Positions 39,501-47,845 of a stretch of 64,000 nucleotides of DNA are shown piece by piece. Under the pieces are notes generated by a model. That model searched no databases, was not told the DNA's origin, and saw only the letters and a list, made by a program, of their open reading frames with translations. The stretch is from Okamejei kenojei. Lineage: Eukaryota. The DNA is taken from contig CM069163.1 of the NCBI GenBank assembly GCA_035221665.1, positions 20,026,001 through 20,090,000 on the forward strand, written 5' to 3'. Within the stretch, counting starts at the first letter, position 1. The number at the start of each line of letters is the position of its first letter. The translations under genes were made by a program, and so were the position numbers.

Positions 39501-42500
39501 TCCTGCAATATAACTGGGAAAACTGCTCTGTAGCTGGATTCATGGATGATCCATCATCAGATAGATGACCTCTCAATAACTTGAGTAGCTCTCAGAAAAC
39601 ACTTGGATTGCCCACCTGACTTGGACATAAAAGGGTAAAAGCTCAATGAATACGGATGGAAAATGCATTGGGTTACCTGGGTACAGTTACCAGTTGTCAG
39701 GTGGCAGAGTAGAGCATAAATCAGCATAGGCCAGATATTTCAGTGCACCTTTTATAACCGTGTCAGTCCTTTCCAATTTGAGAACCAATTTAAAACTGGA
39801 TTTGCTCTGCTCACTAGGTCTACTACTACTGTGCCATGATTCAGGATGTGATACTTCGTGTTGCTTGGGCCCTTAACATCTTGTTCACTAATACCAAACA
39901 ATCGGAGGTGGCGGAAATCATCTCAACTACCCTGGCTCCACTGGAGGTCTTCAGGTGAGAGGCAATGTCATTCCCACAGGCATAGGAAGTTAAGTTCAGG
40001 AAAGATGATTGTGACTGCTGCAGGGAATGCTGTATCACATCCATGTTTAAGATCAATGTCCTATTCTCATTAGTTCATAAATTCTCAGAGCAGAATTAGG
40101 CCATAGCTAATCTATCTTTCCATCTTCAACCCCATTCTCCTGCCTTCATCTCATAACCCGCGACACCCGTGTTAATCAAGAATCTTTCAATCTCCACCTT
40201 AAAAATATCCATTGACGGCCTCCACAGCCATCTGTGGCAATGAATTCCTCAAATTCACCACCCTCTGACTAAAGAAATTCCCTCTCATCTCCTTTATAAA
40301 AGGTACATCCTTTTATTCTGAGGCTATGGCCTCTGGTCCTAGACTCTACCATGAGTAGAAACATCCTCTCCAGATTCTGACCCCAATTGGACAACTGTGG
40401 GAGTCAATGTTCTGATATTACTATATTACATAACCATATCCTAAAGCTGTATCAAAGACGTTCCTTTCACTTGAAGGCGAGTTGAGGAAATATTCACTGA
40501 CATCCTACTACAACTAGAGATCTGTTCTGAACTACTATCTACCTCGTGGGAGACCCTCAGACTATCTTTAATTGGACTTTACTGGCTTTATCTTGCACTA
40601 AACATTATTCATGTTATTCCCTTACTCATATATATGTATGAATCAAACCCAGGTCTCTGGCACTTTAAGGCAGCAACTCTCCCATTGTACCACCGAGCTG
40701 ACCTTAATAGCTCCCCAAAAAAATCGCAATAAGTGGATAATAGTGTACTTAGTACAAATCAGTTACAATAATTGATAACAATATGTTCTCCAGCAGTGAA
40801 GAATTTCCCAATCACCTCCATTTTGACTAATAATGCTTTTATAGAGAGTTCATGATAATAAGTAGAGGGGTTAGAGACAACTGAATAGCATGCAAGCTCG
40901 CCCTCTGGCCCACCTTGTCCCTGTCACCCAAGTTAGCATACTGGGCTTGTTTCATTCGACTACATTTGGCCCTTGCCTCTCTAAACCCTTGCTATCCATA
41001 TACTTGGGTTGATGTGGAATGATGTGAAAGGAGATGATAAAACATACAGTGCAGACATTTATTCCAGAACACCAGAGGTTTAGGGGAGACCGGAAACTAG
41101 CATATAAAGTTTTGAGAGGCATAGATAGGGTTGAGTGCCAGAACCTTTTTTCCCCAGGCTGGAAATGTCAAATGCTAGTTTTAAGGTGAGAGGGGGAACG
41201 TTTAGAGGAGATGTGGAGGGCAGATTTTTAAAAACATAAACGCAGAGGGTAGTGGGAGCCTGGGACGCATCATTGAGACAGATACAAGAGTGGTGAGTAA
41301 GAGGCTTTTGGATAGGCAAATGGATATGCAGGGAATTGAGGGAAATGGGTCACATGCAAGCAGAGGAGATTTTAAATTAGAATCATATTCATTGACATTG
41401 ACATTGAATCATAGACATTGTGGGCCACGGGGCTTGTTCCTGTGCGGTACTATTTTATTTTTCACCTTGCTCACTGCGGCTCATCTGTAAATAGTGTTCT
41501 GCCATATTTAAACGTTACACATTTTTCTCTGCAGGCGATTTGTCTGGAATTTCTTCCGGTTGGAGAACGAACATCTGAACAACTGTGGCCATTTCCGAGC
41601 AGTCCGTGACATCTCCATCATGCCCCTGACCAGTGAAAACCAGGCCACTCTGCTGCTGCTCATGGACCAGCAGGAAGGCGTCAGGAATCGTGGAAAAGTC
41701 AAAGCTAGCAAGAGGAAAACCAACTTCTCCTTTAAAAGGTCAAGGTCAGTTAAAAAAACAATGACGTACATCTATATTCACGTTAATCCTTTGCAAATTT
41801 CAAGGCTCTGCACACACTCGACTCAGATCTTCTGCCCAGCCACCAAAGGCAACAAGAGTCAAGAGCGTTTAATTGTCAGGTGTATCAAAATCGCAACAAT
41901 TACAGTCTTACTTGGTGCAGGCCCATAATAATATGTAATAATCAATAATATAATAAATAACTAATACCAGGTCACCACAAAAATTCAAAACTGAACTGTA
42001 GTGCAACTAGAAACACAGCTCCAAGATCATGGTTGTTGAAGTTAAAGCTGACAAGTGTTCAAGAACATGATGGTTGCTGGGAAGCATCTTTCACGAGAAA
42101 AAATGGCCACGTGAGCAAGGTTACTGGAAAGTAAAAAAACTGCAGAAGCCGGAATCTGAAATAGAAACACAAATTGTTGGAATCACCAAGCAGGTCAAGA
42201 AGCACATGTGGCGGTGGGAGAGTGTTAATGCCCGCGATCCACTGTCTGAGATCCAAGCTTAATGGCCTACATCAGCACATGCATATTCCTGACCTCTCTA
42301 TAACAGCACTGACTTACCCTCTCTAAGCCCTGCAGGACAGTGCCCGTTCCCTCCAGCACACACATTCTGCCACACAATTCCTTCCTTTCAGATCACAAAT
42401 TTCTATAGTCCTCTAATTCACAAACTCGTCCCCCACACCTTCACTTTCATCTGACACCCAACTCTCCACCCTGCTCCTTTCACTTCAAGCCCCACCACAA

Positions 42501-45500
42501 ATCCATGTTCAGCATCCCTTCTCATCCATCATCTCGATTTTGCCACCCTTTCACTCAGTCAAATCTGAACTTGTGGAACTCCGTTCTCACCTCCCAGCGC
42601 CTACTTCACCCCTTTATTCATTCAGTGACACCCACGTCAGTATTGCTCACTGCACACAAAGAACTCAACCATTTAATTAGTTTTGCTGCCCACCTTTTAG
42701 GGTTCTCAGTGTCACAAGGACCATCCCAGACTCTTCCCTTTCTGAATCGGTCTTAGAGGATGTGTTGCGATTTACATCCAGACCTTTCAGTTATCCTGAT
42801 ATTACTTCCACACGTTCAAGACACAACATTTCACCTTCCATCTGGACATATTGCAGCCTTCCGGATTTAATATTAATTTCAGATAATTTGATTTCAGTTT
42901 GCATCAGAAGTGGTGAGTTCTGCTCTAGGATTATCCATCTGCAACATTTACACATTTTCCCCCCATTCTCCCAACACACACAGTCTGAAGGGATGAACAC
43001 ATTCAGCAATTATCTTTTCGGCTTCAAATCTCAATTGTGGTTCTGGCAGCTTTTACATATTCCCCAAGTCTCTTCTCTCACTCCCCTCATCAATCCGATG
43101 AATCAGCAACATCAGCCTCACCCCATTGGAGATATGTCCGCACCTTATCCCATCCCTCACCATCTCCTCTGTAACAAAACACATTTGTTTTCTCACCTTT
43201 CCATTTCTGATGATAGGGTTTCAACCTAAAACACTAACTCTCTCTCCTAGATGCTGCCAGGCCATGTGGATAAAGAGGAAATTAATATTTTGAATCAATG
43301 GCATTTCATTGGAACTGTAAAAAGTTAAAGAAAAAATGTTTTAAAATGCAGGGAATGGTGTGGGTGGGGAGTGAGAGGAGACAGCTGTTGCTCTGTGAGG
43401 GATGGGAGTAGTCACAGAGCCGTCAACTCACGCCTTCCAGCTATTATCAACCATCTTTGCATTGTTTCCTTTCCTCCCTTTCTCTGCATCTTAAAATCAG
43501 TTTTGTCCCAGCTTTAATTCATCATCTTCAAAAGGAGGAAAAATGAAGGCAATATTGCATTGGGAAGAGCAGCACCAACGAGGCTTCAGACTTGCTTGTG
43601 AAAGCCAAATGTGATCAGTGGGTGGCAGTACTACCCTGTGTGACAATTGTGGTACGGCACCACCTGCTGTCAGCACATGGCACTTCCATCCAGGGCTTTC
43701 CTTTCAAGAAGGACCATGTTGCAGGGCAGTACTTGTGGGCTGATTTTGGCCATGACACAAAGCCCTCTGGTCCACCTATGTAACAGAACTAATTGTGCTC
43801 ACTTGGCCGCACCAATTATTACATTGCAGCAGCTCTGCATGGATGAGGTTCTGTCATGATTGACAATGGATGTTCATGAAGTTCATAACAATAGTTCACC
43901 AGCCTGGATGCACAAGGAACAGCAGATTCTGGAATCTTAAGTAAAATGTTTCAGGTTGGGACCCTTCTTCAGACGCTGAGTCCGATTCTGAGGAAAAGTC
44001 CTGACCTGAAACATCGCCCTTCCACAGATGCTGCCTGACCCGTTGAGTTATTCCTGCTCTGTGTGTGTTCTACACAATATTCCACCATCTGCAGTTCCAT
44101 GTCTCTCATACCATGGTATTTGACTATTAAAATGGATATACTTTCTGAACCAATTCTAGTACACGTTCCGTATGCTGGCTTCCAGTCATTTGGGGAAACT
44201 GCAGGAAGCGAGAGCTCAACTGCTGGATGGCATGAGGAATGCTACGCCGGTGTTCACCATCTCCCCGTTGAGGGGTGTGGCCCTCAAAAACGTTTCTGAT
44301 CATCAATTTACCCTTCGTTGTCAACTATTGTGCTAGATTATAAACACACAAGCCTTCTGAACCATGCATTAAAACACAAAACATACTATAACACAGGAAG
44401 CTATCAGCCTATCAGGCACATGTCGACCCCAAGGAGAAAATCTTGCAAATTACATTTGTTCTCCTTACTTCCTGCTGCAACTTATTTCCTTTCACATGCC
44501 CTTCACCAATGGTGGTGGGGATGGCTCTGGTAAGACAAAACCCAAGCATTTTACAAAATGTTCAGCGTTGGGTGGGAGCATTGAACCTGGGTCTCTGGCA
44601 CCGAGGCAGCAGCTGGAACAGCTGTGCCACCCACCAGTGAGGCAGTAGCACCCTGGACTTGGTACTATTAACATTAACCCTCTATCATTTCCTCCAGTTT
44701 GGCACATTTCTACCCAAAGACCACCCATCCAAAGTGTCCAAAGGTAAACTGCCAAGTACCCACCATTTCCTGTTGGTAGCTTGCTGTGGAATATGTTGCA
44801 GATGTTATCAAAAATGTTTTTAAATGTTTATATTAGCATAATCAGTGATAAAATTCATTGAATGCTTTAGATTTGCTATATCTTTTATTTCAATAGACAA
44901 TAGGTGCAGGAGTGGGTCATTCGGCCCTTCGAGCCTGCACCGCCATTCAATGTGATCATGGCTGATCATCCACAATCAGTGCAATAAAATTTTGATAAGA
45001 GCTAATTATCAGTGTATTTCAGTAATTTCCAATTTTCTGGCTAGAGATGTTTCTCGTCATGTGGATGTTGAGGGCATTTATTTACTGCCTTTTGGTTGTT
45101 GTGCTAAGATGATGGTGATGCACCATTTACGTGAACCGGCCTCGTGTGTGCTGTGAATATACTCCAATGGTCTGAGCGGAAGATCCAGGAGTTTGACCCA
45201 CAGCATTGATACATGTCAGCATTAACACTCTGGAACCACAGTTCTCATGCAGATACCATTAAGTCACATTATTTTCCAGAGCAGAGAGTGTAAGTCTACC
45301 TGTTCAAATAAACAAGGCTGAAGATCTCATGGTGAAATGGTCATTAATCTTATCCCTATCACAAGAGTCAATGTGCACAAAACAGTGGTGAGGCTGGCCA
45401 CAAAAGCCACTGTGCTCGAGAGAAATGTAACGTACATGCAGTACTTCTTCCCTAACAATAGTCATACAGCTGTACAAGATAGAAATAGGCCCTTCGACCC

Positions 45501-45786
45501 ATCTTGTCCATGCTGACCAAGTTGGCGTATTGGACTTGTCCCATTTGCCTGCTGCATTTGGCACCTAGCTCTCTAAACCCTTCCTATCCATATATCTGTC
45601 CAAATGTCTTAAAAGTCACAATTGTATGATCAACATATGTCAAGATCATATAATGTAATTTGGGAAAAACTGACAATTGAAGGATTTTGCTTCAAACCAA
45701 TTCATTCCCTTTCACTAACTGTTGTGTGTCTGTTCTTTAGAGTCAAAAGCTGGGAAACGAAAGTTCACATTGAAGAGATGGAGTGA
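2410..45786 (+). CDS. XPR1: XPR1/SLC53A1-like SPX-EXS phosphate exporter, spliced CDS, 5'-partial: join(2410..2461,20810..20911,22988..23205,26000..26149,27708..27791,30229..30310,31645..31832,33406..33585,34413..34581,35503..35697,37024..37196,39818..39954,41535..41744,45741..45786)
   Basis: 14 exons read manually, each with an AG acceptor and GT (one GC) donor. Phases are compatible; total 1986 nt = 661 aa + stop. Motifs KILKKYDK (SPX), [19 protein letters not shown] and [17 protein letters not shown] (EXS) match XPR1. Likely a paralog rather than the strict ortholog. Confidence 0.93.
2467..2910 (+). mobile_element. CR1-clade LINE 3' fragment immediately after the exon 2 donor
   Basis: [11 protein letters not shown].., [27 protein letters not shown]; same family as 23345..24000, 41080-41460 and 37620-37940. 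Confidence 0.8.
4028..4515 (-). mobile_element. Penelope-like 3' fragment inserted in a Rex/Babar remnant
   Basis: Minus strand encodes [25 protein letters not shown], followed by the same terminal repeat as 52312..; GTTAGTGT duplicated at the flanks. Confidence 0.82.
8814..9515 (+). mobile_element. 5'-truncated L1/Tx1-clade LINE (ORF2 C-terminus, 3' UTR, polyA/(TA)n tail)
   Basis: [39 protein letters not shown] typical of fish L1 ORF2 end; G-tract, AATAAA, A-tail; imperfect TSD AAACTGTCCCTTAA / AAACGGTCCCTAA. Confidence 0.85.
10103..10340 (-). mobile_element. Young CR1/L2-type LINE 3' end
   Basis: atagaaacatagaaaataggtgcaggagtaggccattcggc.. repeated at ~4720-4970, 40070-40370 and 44895-44980. 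Confidence 0.7.
12140..12660 (+). mobile_element. Rex/Babar-type LINE 3' end interrupted by a Penelope terminal repeat (12445-12575)
   Basis: [35 protein letters not shown]; GTATTATCTGA duplicated around the inner insert. Related copies at ~200-560, 5900-6200, 17520-17840, 28070-28520, 50670-50960, 53040-53390. Confidence 0.75.
14164..14432. mobile_element. PIF/Harbinger-like MITE (long TIRs)
   Basis: ~70-bp imperfect TIRs starting TGCCCCTGTCCCACTT; TTA/TAA flanks; splits a CR1 fragment. Confidence 0.8.
14806..14875 (+). repeat. 26-bp direct duplication ATAACAGCAGGCACTCGCTGTAAATG
   Basis: Copies at 14806-14831 and 14850-14875. Confidence 0.9.
18215..18700 (-). mobile_element. Degenerate Penelope-like reverse transcriptase fragment
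   Basis: Frameshifted pieces [53 protein letters not shown]. Confidence 0.75.
18720..18975 (-). mobile_element. Ancient Deu-domain SINE remnant (SacSINE1/AmnSINE-like)
   Basis: Minus strand ..GGTGGATGTAAATTATTCCATAACACT..GGGGAATTTTATCCTGCATCCTAGCAAATATTTACCTC resembles the recalled Deu-domain consensus; second copy ~15735-15985(+), tails at ~6995-7120 and 49985-50120. Confidence 0.55.
19340..19567. other. Assembly gap (228 N)
   Basis: Run of N. Confidence 1.
20810..20911 (+). CDS. XPR1: XPR1-like exon 3 (SPX): [33 protein letters not shown]
   Basis: ctcctcag acceptor, 102 nt, G|gtaaat donor; matches ..[27 protein letters not shown]. Confidence 0.93.
22321..22542. mobile_element. Inverted pair of Penelope terminal repeats with ~16-bp TSD
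   Basis: Arms are reverse complements; flanks GAAGGGAATTTTATGT (22305-22320) and GAAGGGAGTTTTATAT (22543-22558). Confidence 0.85.
22641..22837. mobile_element. Inverted pair of Penelope terminal repeats with perfect 15-bp TSD
   Basis: CAAGTTATTAATCAT at 22626-22640 and 22838-22852. Confidence 0.88.
22988..23205 (+). CDS. XPR1: XPR1-like exon 4 (SPX): [18 protein letters not shown]...[20 protein letters not shown]
   Basis: tcttcag acceptor, CAG|gtatat donor; both ends nearly identical to XPR1. Confidence 0.95.
23345..24000 (-). mobile_element. CR1-clade LINE 3' fragment
   Basis: [44 protein letters not shown], then the typical 3' tail. Confidence 0.85.
26000..26149 (+). CDS. XPR1: XPR1-like exon 5 (SPX lysine cluster): [16 protein letters not shown]...[11 protein letters not shown]
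   Basis: 150 nt, ttccag acceptor, GAG|gtaagt donor; lies inside ORF 25907..26344. Confidence 0.95.
27708..27791 (+). CDS. XPR1: XPR1-like exon 6: [28 protein letters not shown]
   Basis: 84 nt, cacag acceptor, CAG|gtcagg donor; [16 protein letters not shown] motif. Confidence 0.93.
30229..30310 (+). CDS. XPR1: XPR1-like exon 7 (TM1): [27 protein letters not shown]
   Basis: 82 nt, cccccag acceptor, G|gtaagc donor. Confidence 0.93.
30625..30660 (-). ncRNA. Candidate minimal type I hammerhead ribozyme in a Penelope terminal repeat
   Basis: Minus strand reads CUGAAGA-a-GGGUCucGACCC-GAAAC-GUC; helix I pairing is weak. Confidence 0.55.
31378..31477. repeat. Perfect 35-bp inverted repeat with 30-nt spacer
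   Basis: GGAAACTCAGATGGGGATTTATTTTTAAACTAAAA (31378-31412) and its exact reverse complement (31443-31477). Confidence 0.95.
31645..31832 (+). CDS. XPR1: XPR1-like exon 8: ..[53 protein letters not shown]
   Basis: ttcctctag acceptor, GAG|gtaagt donor; strong XPR1 motif match. Confidence 0.95.
32242..32558 (+). mobile_element. Full-length tRNA-derived SINE (HE1/V-SINE-like)
   Basis: Pol III A box TGGCGTAGCGG (32255) and B box GGTTCGATCCC (32308), central ttcggtttcctcccacactccaaagac core, LINE-like tail. Other copies at ~1920-2240(-), 8615-9620(+, split), 15295-15630(+), 25610-25830(-), 38130-38430(-), 58365-58665(-). Confidence 0.85.
33077..33315. mobile_element. PIF/Harbinger-like MITE
   Basis: TIR AGGGCCTGTTCCACTTACATGACCTTTACAGGTGAC and its inverse; internal palindromes. 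Confidence 0.8.
33406..33585 (+). CDS. XPR1: XPR1-like exon 9: [18 protein letters not shown]...[18 protein letters not shown]
   Basis: 180 nt, tttcag acceptor, CTG|gtaagt donor. Confidence 0.95.
34413..34581 (+). CDS. XPR1: XPR1-like exon 10: [56 protein letters not shown]
   Basis: aaacag acceptor, G|gtgaga donor; [13 protein letters not shown] signature; this frame is not in the ORF track. Confidence 0.95.
35503..35697 (+). CDS. XPR1: XPR1-like exon 11: [34 protein letters not shown]...[22 protein letters not shown]
   Basis: gcacag acceptor; ends at non-canonical donor AAG|GCAAGT. Confidence 0.92.
37024..37196 (+). CDS. XPR1: XPR1-like exon 12: [18 protein letters not shown]...[29 protein letters not shown]
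   Basis: cccttag acceptor, AAA|gtaagt donor. Confidence 0.95.
38504..39078. mobile_element. PIF/Harbinger-like MITE with AT-rich interior
   Basis: ~34-bp TIRs AGGGCCTGTCTCACTTGGCCGTCATTTACGCGAC; TTA/CTA flanks. Confidence 0.8.
39818..39954 (+). CDS. XPR1: XPR1-like exon 13: [46 protein letters not shown]
   Basis: cactag acceptor, AG|gtgaga donor. Confidence 0.94.
41535..41744 (+). CDS. XPR1: XPR1-like exon 14: [31 protein letters not shown]...FSFKRSR
   Basis: ctgcag acceptor; donor AG|gtcagt after 41744, with an alternative in-frame donor after 41738. Confidence 0.92.
42270..43260 (+). mobile_element. Highly degraded Penelope-like remnant
   Basis: C/T-rich sequence with residual RT-like peptide ([12 protein letters not shown]) and terminal-repeat trace (ctgatgatagggtttcaacctaaaac..agatgctgcc). 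Confidence 0.45.
45741..45786 (+). CDS. XPR1: XPR1-like terminal exon 15: (R)[14 protein letters not shown]
   Basis: ttctttag acceptor in the correct phase; resembles the human C-terminus SKARDTKVLIEDTDD. Confidence 0.85.
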
Positions 45787-46567
45787 TGTGACAAAGCTGA
45801 ACCACGTTCCCTTGAAACACTTAGCAAAGGCATGGGGGCTGTTTTGAATGCTCCAAACTCATTTGGGTGAACTGAACTGTTCATTGAAGTAAAAAGACTG
45901 AATGAAGCCACTGACTTCAGAGAAAAGTCATACTTCTATAAAACTAAATACTATTTATATAGGGAAAAAAAAAAATCAGCTCTTTTCAAATGACCCTGCA
46001 TTGGTAGAGGGTGTTGATACTCTGCTGGTCTCCTCGACAAAGATCTGCTCAAAGACTCAATCAGAGACCGTCTCTAGTTCCAATCTTCCAACACCAAACT
46101 GGCTAACTTTCCCATTGCTTTCCTCTTCTGGCAAAGAAGAACTGGTCTGGTCTCAGCACCCCTGACTTTCCTTTCCATAGTCTAACCAACCCCTCTTTTG
46201 GTGGCACAAATGAAATCTTGTGTGGAATTACAGGTGCGAATCCTTGCCCATTTATAACATTAGTGTAATATCAAGTTGTGGTTTTTGTAAGCACGTTATC
46301 TGGACAATCAATGTCAAATTGTCAAATGAATGAAAGAGTCCAAGTCTTAAAGAGCTAATTAGATTTCAAGACAAAATTAAATCTGAGTTTTAAATGCAGC
46401 CAGAGATTGTCAATATTAGAAACTTGCATCATGCGCACACACACACACACACACTGAAAGCAGACGAACAGTTTAGATTGCTACAGCCTTTGCAGGAAGA
46501 GAGAATCTAAGACATGCAGAAGGAAATCATCAATGCAGAATGTTTACTGTGGCATCTTGGATGTTTG

Positions 46568-46938
46568 AATAAACAGATTCTGCTCTGGTCTGGAGTCTCG
46601 CATTTAAGGAATAACTGATTAAGATTCCAGTATGCGATCAAAGCTGTAAAATGTGAATATTCAAATGATGGTTTGGTCTTAGTCTCACTTTACAGTTGAC
46701 TAAAGGGGAGTTTATTAAAAATGTAATTGCTGCCCCGTAGTGTTAGCTGTGTGTGGGCAGCAACGAAGTGACTCCGTGTTTTAATCCAATATGTATGTGT
46801 CTGAGTACAGTGATGTTACATAGAATCAGTTGCTTGAAGATATTAGTAATAGGCAGTTTGTCAAGTCAGATCAACCTGCTCTATTTTGTGAACTAGGCTT
46901 CCATTCCTCTCCTGCGGACACATGAATGGATCAATAAA
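46568..46938 (+). terminator. Candidate polyadenylation signals of the XPR1-like gene (AATAAA at 46568 and 46933)
   Basis: Hexamers 0.8-1.15 kb after the stop in repeat-poor sequence; which one is used cannot be determined. Confidence 0.4.
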
Positions 46939-47374
46939 CGTAAAACAGGGGTGGAGGGCATTAGAGAGTAGTGTTTACATTCATAAAGTCAAAAGCTGAG
47001 AGATAAAAGTACACAGTGAGGAGCTGGAAAGATCCCAACAGGTCAATCAATCGACAAAGCTGCCCAACTTGGGAATGAATCAATGTCCACTGATCTCAAC
47101 TGTTAGGAGGCAGTTAGCGTATGTAAATAATTTTGGTGTAAATAATTAAACATTTTGAAGTTTAAGCTTGTACATAACCTTCCAGTGACAGTGCTATTTT
47201 ATAATAGATAAAGGAGAATTCTATGGTTCTTGTTTCTCATCATGTACATAAATAATTTTTCTGTCTTGTTTTACCTTGTGCTGGCTTGGGATAATAAATT
47301 TCTTAGAAATAAACATGATGGATGTGTGGGAGTGATTATTCTGAGCAGGAAATCCATTGAAGATAATGGCTCTG

Positions 47375-47845
47375 CCACTCATCATCCACTTGGGTAGCTT
47401 GCAACCCAATGGTATGAACATTGAATTCTACAATGTTAGGCTAAACCCCCTTCTTTCCCCATTTCTCTTCCCCATGCTCCACTCTGGGGTGCCCCCCTTT
47501 GCTTCTTCCCCCCCAACCATTTCCTTCCACCTAAACCCCTCCCTCTGGCTTCACATTTCACTTCTCTTTATCTTGCACCCTTTCATTACTAACATTTCGA
47601 CCACCAATCTACTAATCAAATGCCCCTAACCTGTGTCCACTTATCACTCGCCTGACTTGGTCCAGACCACACCTCTTTCCCAGCTTTCTTCCCCCCCCCC
47701 CCCCCCCCCCCCCACTGCAATCAGGAGGACGGGTCACAACCTGAAATGTTACGTGTGCATGTTCTCCAGAGATGCTGCCTGACCACTGGGTGACTGTTGC
47801 ACTTTTTTTTTCTAAACTGCATCAGCAGTTCCTTGCATTTTCTTT
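47375..47845 (+). mobile_element. Penelope-like 3' fragment
   Basis: LGSLQPNGMNIEF, then a pyrimidine-rich tract and the terminal repeat. Confidence 0.75.

Noticed and set aside
39029-39508. 159-aa minus-strand ORF
   Set aside because: Intronic antisense frame running into a MITE end; no homology evident.
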